From assembly GCA_965113315.1 (NCBI GenBank), contig OZ220367.1: 64,000 nt of DNA; one strand, given 5' to 3'. This DNA comes from Podarcis vaucheri. Lineage: Eukaryota. This document shows positions 49,923 through 61,610 of the stretch, piece by piece. The notes beneath the pieces are model-generated. The model worked only from the letters and a program-made list of their open reading frames with translations, ran no database searches and had not been told where the DNA came from. Numbering within the stretch: the stretch's first letter is position 1; each line of letters begins with the position of its first letter. A program made the position numbers and the translations under genes.

Positions 49923-52489
49923 GCTTACTTGCACTCTGGAATGCTATATGTAGTAAGCAAACAATTGATAGATTCCCCCTCCCAACTCATTTTGTATAGC
50001 TTAAGTGTTTGAATATTTTCTTTATTATTTATAGCCCTCCTGCTCCTGGCTCATTTACCACCTCAATACTGGCCTCCCCCCCCCTTCTTTCCTCCCTCCC
50101 TCTCCAAACAGCCTTGTGCTTCTTCACAATTTTAATCTTTCAAGTGTCATGTTTTCTCTTTCCTTCCTCTGCTGCTCCTATCAATATTCTGTAACCTTCT
50201 TGCCCATTCAGCTGCACATCTCTTTGTCACATACCTCTCCCTATATCTTTTCCCCACTCTTGCTGACAAGTCCCTTGTACCTCCTTTTTCTGCTTTGGCT
50301 GTTCTAGGTAGATAAACATATGTCTGTGCAGTAGCACATTCTCTATTTCGTATTCAAGTCTCTCTCCTTTGCCCTCACGGGGCCACAGGACACTGTTGTA
50401 TTGCTGATCATTGTGATCCAGCTGCAGAGCTTTACTAAAGATCCCAGAACTGAGACCAAGGAAGCAGGCACATTCCAGGCTGACCCCTCTCTTTCCCCTC
50501 TAATCTAATGTTGGCTTGACTGTGGCCAAATGGATTCTGCTACCTTAGTAGTTGTTTCTTTCCAAAGCCCTTTTGCTGCTCATCTTTTAGCTGAACTATG
50601 GTGGTCCATTTGGGTGTTGTTTTCCCAGAAAGATGTTTGGGTGCCTCTCTTTCTGGTGCATTGGCTCAAGAAGTTGGAACATGCCACAGAATTACACCAA
50701 AGGTGTGGTTTCTGTTTGTGACTTTACTTGGTTGGTGATGGGATGACCTTTGCTTTTTTTCCTGACCCTGTGTTTCTAACACTTTGGATGTGTGAAAAGC
50801 TATGCCATGCTGCTTGGACACCAAACATAGCACAGAATCTTAGTGGAGCTTGGAGGGCTCCCACCCTCAGGGGGATGGGAAACAGATGCTGCTTCTGAAT
50901 GTTTCTATTTACCCATGCAGCTCACCACTTTTGGGACTATGTTGTAGTGGTAGTACGCTGGACTATGTGTTCAGATCCATATTTCTGCCCCCACCTCTGC
51001 CACTGACATCTGTGTAAGATGTTTGCCATTGTCACTTGTTCTGGGTCCACTTTCTCTTATCTGCTCTACAGGAAAGCAAAATAGGGATATTGCCCAGAAA
51101 AATCTGGGTGATATGTTTAGATAGCTGTTTGTTTGGCCTAGGTAAAATCAGCAGCTTGCTATAAATATCCAGTATTGCAACAGAACTGTTCTAAACTTTC
51201 GTATTGTGGCCTCAGTACTATAAAAGTCCTGGTTACTGTCTCCGAGGAGGGAAATATGTGTCAGGTACACAAAATGCATTCTGGAGGAAAGTAAATAAAG
51301 AAGACTGGTATTTTTCAAAAGATGTGGCTCAAGGAGAGAGGCCTGCATGATGATTGGTGGCCAATAGGGAACTGGGAAACAAAGCTTGCATGTGCCTTAA
51401 AACTGTTGGACAAACTTCGGGTACTTTCTCCTTCCAGTGTTATTTAAAACAGTAAATAACACTTTTGATGCTATTCACAGTTGGTTCCTGAATCCCGCTG
51501 TCACTGGATATAATAATGCACACAAACAAACAATAATCTGACAAAGTCATGAATGGCAGTATTGATGACAATGCACCCTCTGCAAGATGTCTTTAAGCAG
51601 AAGGTGGAGGTGAAAAGAAGCGCATGGATAATGAGTGTGTGAACATGTGTGTATATGCATGTGCATACACTTGCATACACCTGCTTTTCTTCTTCAAGTG
51701 AATAACTGAACTGGCTACTGTTGAGTCCTGGGCTGGATGGACCATTCACCTGAGCCAATAAGACTTTTCTTGTGCTCTAACATGCTCCTTGATCCCACAG
51801 CTCTGCAGAGACCCTGTGAACACTGGTCATAATTAGCTGTACTATTTCCAAACATTCTTCCCTCTTCTAAATAATCTCTTTTTTTTAAAGTACTTGTGAC
51901 AGCTTTTTTTAAGGAACCCTCTAATTTTTCCTCTTCAGTTCTCGATCTTTTTAACTCTTTGAAATTGGCTTCATGCCATCTCTGACACCAAACTGACACC
52001 TTTGCCTTTCCCCACTTCTTATCCCTTTATAGCAACAGATGTTGAAATTTTGTATCCCTTTTATCTGCCCCTCTTTAACCTCTTCCTGTAATTAGGTTCC
52101 CCTTGTTAGCAGTACAAAGTGGGCTGGTCCGCTACCTAGCCTGCCTTTTGAGCTATTGTGTCTGAGCACATGTGGTTTTGGGTTATTTGGAAAAGTCCCT
52201 TCCCCCTTAGGTAATAGCGGTGGGCGGATGGACAAAGATTGTGGCTTTCTTCTTCTTCTTCTTCTTCATTTATCTTTGCCAAGGAAGAAGAAGAAAGGGA
52301 GGAGGGGTAGGGAGCACATGTGAAGCGAAAGCCACAGACCTTCACTTCTCATCCAATTGGGTTTTCTGTTCCTTTCCTCTCTGGTGCCTTTTTCCTTACC
52401 CCTTCTAGTGCTTAGGTAGGGTCCTTTTGATGTCCTTTTGGGTACAGTTTAAAAGTGTGTGAGAGAGAAAGTGTGTGTGAGAGAAAGAG

Positions 52490-53030
52490 CGATCAGTGTT
52501 TGTTGTTTCTTTCCCCACTTCTTCTTGTCAGTAAAATAATACGCATAACATTTCATTAAATTCTTGAGATGCTTAACATAATGAATATACTTCACAACTC
52601 TGCTGTAAATTACATCGTTTCAACAATTCTCTCCTGTACTTTCAGTCTCCTTCATTCCAGATTAATTGGATTAATTTGATTAACATTCACAATAATACCT
52701 ACTGCTTCATTCATAATAGGGATTTTAAAATAAGTGACTTGAGATTTGAAGTGCTAGTCAAATATATTACTGCAAAGTGAAAGAGGAGAGCCCTGTGTAA
52801 ATGCCACGCTAAGCATCACACATTCTGACATGTGTGAATTTGTTGGATTGGTGCTGTTCAATTTATATTTCACCTAATACTGTATACAAATTAATTGCAC
52901 ATTACACTTATTCCAGTGAAAGATGAATAAACTCAATTTCACAACAAAGTTATCCAGTTGCCTGCCTCTTCTGACCCATTACATTTGTTTGTTTAATTGT
53001 ATATAAGCTATATCCCTCATTCTTATTATC
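52490..53030. promoter_or_regulatory. Candidate AT-rich homeodomain enhancer with tandem P3 sites
   Basis: AGATTAATTGGATTAATTTGATTAA at 52659-52683 plus further TAATTG sites. Confidence 0.45.
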
Positions 53031-53514
53031 CAGGCTAATGTTGAAGGGAGTGTGTATCTCCCTTCTTACATTTTTTTCACCCATAACACTGACTTTTCAA
53101 ACTTTGTGTAGTCTTTTAGGGATCTTTGTTGCACCAACAAATGGTTTAGTATCTGCTTCACTTGAAGATTCTGGAGGAATACAACACATTGCATCCATAA
53201 AATGAAGACCTTTTCCACAATTTTATTGAGCAGGGATTGAAAACATAAGACCCTCCTGATATTGTTGGACTCTAAATTCCATCAGCATTGGTCAGCATGG
53301 TCAGTAGTTTAGGGATGATGAAAGCTGTAATACAACAACATCTGAATAGTCCCATGTTCCCCATTCCTACTATTGATTCAGAACATACCAAGTTACCTGT
53401 AGTTGTTCAGTGAGATCAATATATATTCATGCTGATATGGAATAGCAAGGATGTGGAGGAGATTAGCCTGCCTGTGATTCCCCAATTAAGATAAATCACA
53501 GAGACCTTTATTAA

Positions 53515-54130
53515 AGAATATTGGGAATACTCCTGGACCTACCACTGCTTCTTAAGAAACAGGTTGGAGGTGTTGCCAGGAGGCTCTCCTACTATATTCT
53601 GGTCTTAAGGAAGTTTTCCCTCCTCCCTCTTATAGAAATGTCAGACTTTGCTATGCTGATCCATGCCACTGTAGTTTCCAAGCTGGATAGCTATAGTGCA
53701 GTCTACATGGAGCTTCCCTTGTAGATGACATAGCTTCCCTGCCTAGTGACATCAGGCAGGCACCTTATCAGTGTCTGCAAAAAATATTTCTTTTCAGGCA
53801 AGCCTATCCAGACATGTGGAATGCTGGCATGTATTTATTCTGGCTTTGAGCTTATACTTTATTTTTATTTTTTTTAAAAAATCAAATAGCAGTTTTTAAC
53901 TCTTTTTACTGATAATTTTGTTGTTTTATTCTTCTTGTAAACTACTTTAAGGTTTTCTTACAATCAAGTGGTATATAAAACTAGTGAAATATAACCAAAT
54001 AAATAAGCTTTAACTAGTCAGAGCAGGCCTTTTATAGGGACTGCTCCAAAACTTTGAAACCTTCTCCCAGAAGATGTGAGGAAAGCTACCTTCTTGCTGT
54101 CTCTTCAAAAGACATACACTTTTTTCAAAG
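53515..54130 (+). mobile_element. L2-like LINE fragments
   Basis: ORF 53521..53724 (LIHATVVSKLDSYSAVYMELPL) followed by L2-type 3' UTR and tail. Confidence 0.65.
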
Positions 54131-54554
54131 CTATAGACTGAAATATTTTTTGTTGTTTCCAATATTAACGTTCCTGGCTAAAGAATCTTGATCAGAATTT
54201 AGATGTTCACTTTTGGAAGCACAGTCTCTTTCAAAGATCACAATTTAAAAATAAGCCTTTTTGTCTCTGTGCTGACATGTAACCAGAATGCGCTTTCACC
54301 CTCTGAAGCTTAATATTTTTGACTGTTAAGAGGGACAGCATATGGGTTTATCTGATTGATACCCAAGTCAAGAGGAATTGAACAAGTAAGACTTTTCTCC
54401 AGGTATATATTGAGGGGCTTGTCTGACCTCAGTGTTGGGTACACTTTGTAGAGGTTAATATACTTTGTAGATCTTTAGTGTCTGTGTTTTGCATTTTAGG
54501 GGGCGGGGATTGTGTAAATATGCCTTATGGATAGAGTCAAACTCTAATAATTTG

Positions 54555-54640
54555 AAATAAAAATAAATAAAATAAAAATTGTCCGTTAGCACCTTAGAGA
54601 CCAACTAAGTTTGTTCTGGGTATAAGCTTTTGTGTGCTAC
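54555..54640. mobile_element. Penelope-like element terminal fragment
   Basis: (aaataa)n followed by tagcaccttagagaccaactaagtttgttctgggtataagctttt. Confidence 0.6.
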
Positions 54641-55199
54641 CTACCTGAATCTAATAATTTGGTTACTGAAAGCCCTACTCAGAACCTCATTTGCTGCGAC
54701 TTACCAGAGGTTTTATCCACACCTTATAACTCTCATGGTGTCTTGCTTTTTAGTCCAAGTTATATCTCAGTCCCAACCACCTTTATTTAGAAGTAAGTTG
54801 GGTGGATTTTCTGTGAAGCTTATTTAAAAGTCAATGTGCATAGGACCATGGTTACAATCAGTTCTAGGTAGACTTGAACTTTCTTAGTTCTTAGCCCTCT
54901 TTTGCTGCATTTGAAGTTCTTATACGGTTAAAGCAACAGCATCTACCTTTCAATCTACCTTGTATACTCCTGACTTCTGGTCTGACCCTTCGTGTGCTCA
55001 AACAGCACCTTGCAATACCTGTAACAAAATCCTCCAGAAGATTTCTGTCTCTGATCAGTTTCATGCTCATGAGTCATAAGACAATCTTTATTTTCCTCTA
55101 GGTGGCAAGAGAATCAACAGAAGCTATAAAAAATAAGAGCACCTATATGTGGGATGGACACACACACACAGCACTCCCCCCCCCCAACCCTTTGGGCTG

Positions 55200-56110
55200 G
55201 CTCATTTAAACAGATGGCTTTGTTTTGATTTGGAATCTCCATTTTTCTTTTTCTTTTTCCTTTTTTTTTTTGTCTGACGGCCGAAGGAGACCTCCAAAGT
55301 GCTGTCTGTTCAAAAAGAAGCTATACAGTGGCTTATTCCCACACAACTCCCCGCCGGTTTTCCTTACTGCCCCCCCAATTTGAGCGAATTCCCCCCATCT
55401 TTGAGACATTCTTCACATTCTTTGCAGAGAAAAGGGGTTAAACGTCTGAATTTGGGGGTCACCATGTTATACAAATTGCAATCTAATCGTTTTTACAAGA
55501 ACACACGTGTGCTAAGAAAAAGAACCCTGAACAAGAAAGACAAGGAGACAGACAGCTTGCTTTGTCCTTTCTCCCCTGAATGTTTCTTGCCATTGTCATA
55601 TTGCCGTGTCTCTCTCCCTTCTTTGCCTCTGGGAGGGAGAGAGTTGGTTTGATAGTTAAATTGGCCCGTAAAGCAGAAGGGCTTGGTGCCATTTCTGTTT
55701 GTTTTCCCAAATAAAAGCCCCAGAGGGGTCTCTTTTGCACCGTTGTGGCTTTATTTGAGAAAACTGGCTTTTTCCCATAGCTAGCATGTCAGTTTATCCT
55801 CTGAACTTAACCTTACGACAACCCGGACAACAAAAAACGTCCAGGGTCTCAGAGCCAGGAAAGGTAAAGAAATTGTATCTCTTTATTGGAACCTTTAAAG
55901 TGTGTGTGGGCTAATTCAGAGTCACCAGAAGAAAAGAGGGCAAAGCTTTTTTTTTCAACCTCGCTACCACCGCTATCATTGCCACCCCTGCTGTAGCGAA
56001 AGGCTTGCGTGCCTCCAGCTGGCACAGGGAGCATTATAAGCAATGTGCTGTCCAGCGTTAACTTTTTAAAAAGTAGCCTTGGCCCAAGAATCCTGTTATG
56101 GCTACACCTC
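55200..56110. promoter_or_regulatory. Candidate conserved non-coding element/enhancer
   Basis: CpGs retained, repeat-free; TTTATTGG 55882, TTACGA 55813, CATTGT 55591. Confidence 0.45.
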
Positions 56111-56784
56111 CAAGTTCTTTTCACTCTGGTTCATTTGTAAATGGTCCAGGAACACTTGTTGATTCTTTATTAATAAACTTTTAGCTGTGAGTTCATAAAA
56201 GCAGTAGACCACCTCCTGATTCTTCTATGCTTCTCACCATGTATGTTTTCTGTCCCTATATTATTAGCGAATCATAGGCATAAGCAACAGTGTGACTTTT
56301 AAAAAACAAATTGGAATGTATCAAAATGGAGAACTAAGGCTGGAGGGTGGGCAGTGGCAGGAATAAACATTTGTGTAGTTTTCTGTGACTCACAGGTTTC
56401 TGTTAGTATTTTGAGAATCCTAGCTTCGTTTTAATTAATAATTTTGGGCAACACCATCTTGGAAATACCTTTGCGAATTCAGTTCTGGTTAAAATTAAGC
56501 ACCAAGTCATTTCTTAGTGGTACCACAATTCTATATTGGCTCTGGAACATTCCAGTTTCTGACTTTTGTTGGCATGCTGTTTGCAGTTGATTGAAACAAA
56601 GCATTTGGCTGTTGAGACCCAAACAACATCTGTGAACAATGCCCAAACATAACTGTACATGAAAATTTCTATCAAATTTTGGCAACATCATTAAGCCTGC
56701 CTTGGGCATGTTTTTTTCTACCAGTGTAGATGATCGTGCATGGATGATACACTGGGTTAAGATCATGCACAAGTTTGCTTTAAT

Positions 56785-57100
56785 CAGTAGGTGGGGAGCC
56801 CCCGGCTTGCAAGCCTTATTAGGCCTGCCAGGCCTCTGAATTTGGCCTGTGAGGCCATTTTGGACAAATCATTCCCATCTGTTAGTCACCTGAAGTCATA
56901 TGACATCAGGCGTGGAGATTTGTTGTCTAAATACTTAAAGGGTGCTTGCTCCTTGATGGTAAAAGCCAGCAACAGGGGCTTTTCTCAGATCTTAGCACTC
57001 TGAGATCACAGGTGAGTGGCCCCATCCACCTGCCAGAAATGCAAAATGACCCATGGAAAGCTGTGGATCTGGGCCTCGGGCTGAAAAAGGTTCCCCACTT
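56785..57100. mobile_element. Degenerate hAT-like element; related fragment at about 2721-2830
   Basis: cagtaggtggggagcccc...gaaaaaggttccccac inverted ends; shares ccttatt-ggcctgccag with 2750-2770. Confidence 0.5.
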
Positions 57101-58469
57101 TATTCTAATACATGTGCATGCAATGAAATAGAGGTCTGCTTGGTGATGCAGCTGTTAGACCTGAAAAGGTTAGCCACTTCTGTTTTGTCTAAACTTCTGG
57201 AAAAGAGAGAGATGAATGTGTTAACTCATCAGCATCAAAATTAGCTTCTGATACATCTAATTTGTAAATTTAAATTCATGTCAGTTCTAGTGCACTGCCA
57301 CTGTTGAAATAGGTTCCTTCCTCTGATAGTTCATTCCTAAATTTGCTGGACCTGAAAGGGCTACAATACTTCTTATGGCCTCTGTTCTCAACCCAGCTTG
57401 AATAATGGAAGACCGGGTTTGGGTAAAAAACAACAGCAACCCAGTGGAGAATTTCCAGGTCATCTCATTTTGTTCTGCCTTTTTAATCTTGGTTGTGCTG
57501 CTGATTTCCTAGTGCTAGCAGTGTGGTTAGAATACTATTTCAGGAAGGGTATTATGACAAAACAGGAGAGCTGCTGGCAAACTAAATTCTATTCCCCCCT
57601 GCCAGATGACCTTGTGTATTCAGCAGTCAAACTGCAGCCTTCACCCTAGTAAGATGATGCTTGTGCCACTTGGAAGGGGCTTGGGTAGTAGCAAGAGATA
57701 CAAGAGCCTCTTCCCAAGGGCATTGTTTAGAGTCGAAATGTCTCTTTGTAGTGTTGCAAACAGAAAAGCTTTTCCAGGATGAGGGTACAGTGAGTTGAAC
57801 GTGAAGAGTCTTGGCTTCCTTAAAAGTAGCCATTCAACCTTTCTATGATGTGTGAAGTTGAAAAGTGATCTTTATGGAAAATGGGTGGCAGCAGAATGAT
57901 TGAATTGCTCGAGCCAGGACAGACATTACTGCAGAAATAACCACTCACACAAATGGTCTACTACTTGAACAAGTAGTGGAATGAGTAATCTACTCACACA
58001 TGTAGTTATTTCTGTGGTTAAACCAGCTACAGTGGAACATATAGTTAGGGTTTGCTCTTGCCCCAGAATACCTTGACACAATGGAAGACACATAGGTAGC
58101 CTCCAAAATAAGATTCTAAAGCTGTCCCATCCTTTATCTGGAGGAAATGGCAAACTGCTTCTCTGTTTCATCTGCCTCTAACCCCACAGTCTCTGATACA
58201 AGAAAGGTCTTGCCAGTTCTCATACAAAAAGAGTGAACAGAATTCAACAATTATTTTGATCACTGACTGCTTTTACAATTGTTGATTGCCCCTTTCCATT
58301 CAGATTTCATTTTGTGATGACACTGGATGAAACTGAATTCTGAACTCCCTCTGCACTCTGCATAGAACACCTCTTGCATTTCTCTTCCTTGTGGCTAGAT
58401 TTTAATGCGTGTTTGTTTGTTTGTTGATTGCTTTTATCTGAATCAGTTTGTGTATAGGCCTACTAAACT

Positions 58470-58565
58470 TTTCAGACTACTCCATGCATCTGATGAAGTC
58501 TATGAAAGGTGACGACACAATATAGTTCTTACAGGGGAGAGACTCTAGTGTTTGTTGCTACAGAG
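58470..58565 (+). mobile_element. Penelope-like pseudo-LTR remnant with decayed hammerhead core
   Basis: atgcatctgatgaagtctatgaaagg...tgtttgttgctacaga. Confidence 0.45.
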
Positions 58566-60040
58566 TGATACGGGCACCCCTTTGGAAATCATTTTGTTCA
58601 TAAATGAGAGGGCTCAGGGTCAAGTCTAAGCAGAAGAGGTTGAACAGTCCCCATCTGCCAGCACATTTTGATGTTATCCTTCCCCAGCCTGGAAGGTAGG
58701 TGAGGTGCTGATGGAGAAGTCGTGTCTCAGACACAAAAGAGAATGAGTGGGTGAGTAAGTAAATGTAGCAGTTGTAAGTGCTACAGATCTCATGTCAGGA
58801 TAAAGGGTGGAGAGCTCCTGTGGATGCATCTGCAGACTTGAGAGCTCATTTGCACTAAGAGATCCTCCTTACAAATGGGAATGTAGTTTATACCACCTTT
58901 AGAAGTGCTTTCAGATTGAAATGCCTCCATATCCACACACCCCACCCAAAAGTGCCTTGCAACATGTTCTTAGCTCCCTGGGTATCTTCTCAGTGTTACA
59001 GTTTCAGACAAAAAGAGTTGTTGGAAGGCTCTGTTCATATAGTACCACTTGGGGCAGCATTTTTCATAGAAACCTTGGGTTCAGCAAGCATCCCCATGGG
59101 ATTCTGCAAAATGTTACAGCCTCCCATCTTAGGCATTTTGCTTTGCCCTCTCATGCTGGCCAGACATCTGCGGTCCAATAGTGGGAAGTGTCCACAAATA
59201 ACACATGGCCTGAGTTTGTCTCATGATACTGTATATTGCAAAATTCACCAAGCTCAAGTCTTGACACTGAATGCTTAATGAAGTCTTGGAAATACGTTTG
59301 TGAACATTCTTGTCCCATGATGTTGAATAATTCCAAGTAATGATTAGTTATTGCAAACTTTTGCCTTTGAATTTTGTAATAGTTTAAAAATGTTTTTATT
59401 TCACTTTCCAGGAGGGGGAGCTTGTTACAGGGCTTGCTCAACAAAAAGGGTTGAAAACCACTGGCTTAGGGTATGTTACACACTGCACAAGTCAGGAATG
59501 GGCTTCTTTTAAGTTATAGATTCTTTTTAGGGGAACTGCTTGTACATCTCTTCCCTCCAAATGTGGTGCTACTCATGCTGTATCAAGGGAGAAAAACTGC
59601 AGGTGCTTTCATTAGAAAGGATAGAAGCTCTGTTAAATCTTCAGCATCCCATGAGAATTTCCGGAAGTTTGCTTTAAAAAAAAATTTTTGTAAGGTGATT
59701 AGGGTAGCTTCATTTTAATGTTACACAATATTATTTTACTTTATAACCATGAATAACTTAAGTGCCATGGACTCAATTCCTGATAAATGTTCTCTGCCCA
59801 AGTAATCTCTAGATTTTCTAATGTGCATAAAAGCACCTCTATAGAAGATGTGCTTCCAATTCTGTTCTGCTTATTGGCGTTTGTCAAGAGCTTTTTTCTT
59901 CTTTTTTTACAACTTGGAAAGTTTTTCACTAATGTGAGTGTAGGAGAGGAAAGCTTGTTTGCAGTTCAGCCACGATCTAAGGAGCATTTTTCAGGCAACT
60001 CTGTCAGTCACACAACCGCAGTATAATCGCAGTCGTATGT

Positions 60041-60189
60041 GGTCAAATAGCTCAGTTATCAGCATGGTGCTGGTAACCACGTTTGCAGGTTCGATCCCCA
60101 TATGGGACAACTGTATATTCCTGCCATGCAGGGGGTTGGACTGGATGATCCTCAGGGTCCCTTCCAATTCTATGCTTCTATGAATTCTA
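60041..60189 (+). mobile_element. tRNA-derived SINE with a CR1-type 3' tail
   Basis: A box tagctcagtt, B box ggttcgatccc, then gcagggggttggactggatgatcctcagggtcccttccaattctatg matching the CR1 tails in this window. Confidence 0.85.
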
Positions 60190-60739
60190 CGACTTTTGGA
60201 TCAGTTTGGACAGGCAAACCTCAACTTATCAGGATGTTCTTGCCCAGGAGTTAAAGGACCATCCTTTCAGGTGTTCCTCCTTTTGAGAGACAGGAAATCC
60301 TCTTCATATCTTGAGGTTCTGCATTTCAAGAGCCGGGCTGAGGAATATGGCAAAGCCAGAGAAGCAAAGCCAGGTCTCGGGAGAGCTCCCAGTGTGTGGT
60401 GCTATAGTTGCCTCTGTATGCTTCCATATACATCTGGCCAGCATCCCTAAGTAGGATGCCTAAGTATAGCTCCCACTAACCTCATTTCCCCCAGCTCCTC
60501 CTCTGAATTGCAAAGCGGGGCAGTTTTCTTTGTTTTTGTTTTGGCTAGGAGTCCCTCTTTCTTTAGATGATGGGTCCCCTGCCTCTTACTCCTGCCCTGA
60601 TCCTGCAAACGTCCTCCCCTCATCTACCTCTAGCTGCATATTGTATAGAGCAGATGGGCTACACTCCTTCCCTCCAAGGGTTAATGTTTTAAGAACTTGT
60701 CCAGCAATTCCCTGCCTTGAGAAACACAAAGTGCAATAA

Positions 60740-61610
60740 CACAGCACCCCTGGATTCAGGTTTTGTGGGTGGGTCGGGGGGGGGAGGGATGAGGATTAAT
60801 TCCTGCACTTGATGTTAAAGCTTGCCCAAGAGGTTTGCCTTGGGGGGAGCATCGCTAGGGCCGACTGGTTGTGTTAAATGGTTGCTAAGGCCTTGGCATT
60901 ACAGCCCGATGGAGTGTTCCACAGTCACGGTCACGGAGGGAATTACACAGCCACAAAGAAATTGTTATTCTCCGTAATCTGCTTTTTGGAGAGTGACTGG
61001 GGGAGATGGGCCGGCCCCAGCAGGCCGCCGGTGCTGTGATCATGGAAGCGTGTTGGCTCTGGCGAGCAGGGCAGGGCTCACCTTCTGATCTGGGGGACAG
61101 CAGTGCTGCTGGTGCTAATCTGCTTTCTCAGCAATTTTGCTCCTCTGACACAACGGTGTTTACTTGTTTGAACATCTCCCGGGACTCTATTTCGCCTATT
61201 GTGTGGTCTTTATCCCCCCCACCCCCAATGGGGCTTTAGCCCAGATTACAGATGGAATTAAGGCCTCTGGCTCGGGTGCCCCAGAAAGACTGATACGGGA
61301 TCAAGGAGCAGAAAGTAACAAAATAACTGGGAGGAGGGGGAGGCACTAGTTGCTTCAGGGAGTGGGGCTGCATTGTCCCACGGAGCGAGAGCCAGTGCGG
61401 CAGCCTGAAAAGCAGGCGCTCGGTGCTTTGTGACTAGTTCTGATTAGACCGTTAGGGAGGAGGAGAAGGGCTGGGAACATGTGGGTCTTTAGTGGCTGAA
61501 TGGGCTTCATTGGACACTGCTGTCTGAGTGGTAGTGAGAACTGTGGCAGCCCGGCTTTCTCTTGCAAGGGAGGTGGATTAGGAGCATGTATTAATTAATC
61601 AGAGAGCCCT
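60740..61610. promoter_or_regulatory. Candidate enhancer with clustered K50 homeodomain (Otx/Pitx-type) sites
   Basis: GGATTA 60793 and 61575, TAATCT 60975 and 61116, AGATTA 61243; GC/CpG-rich and repeat-free. Confidence 0.5.

Noticed and set aside
50030-50310. Long pyrimidine-rich tract ending near ttctag|gtag, a possible recursive or cryptic splice site
   Set aside because: The donor consensus after AG is weak and there is no supporting exon; cannot be told apart from low-complexity sequence without RNA-seq.
58483-58512. Hammerhead ribozyme core (CTGATGA...GAAA) in a Penelope remnant
   Set aside because: Helix II appears deleted and no helix III or cleavage triplet could be formed by eye; probably inactive.
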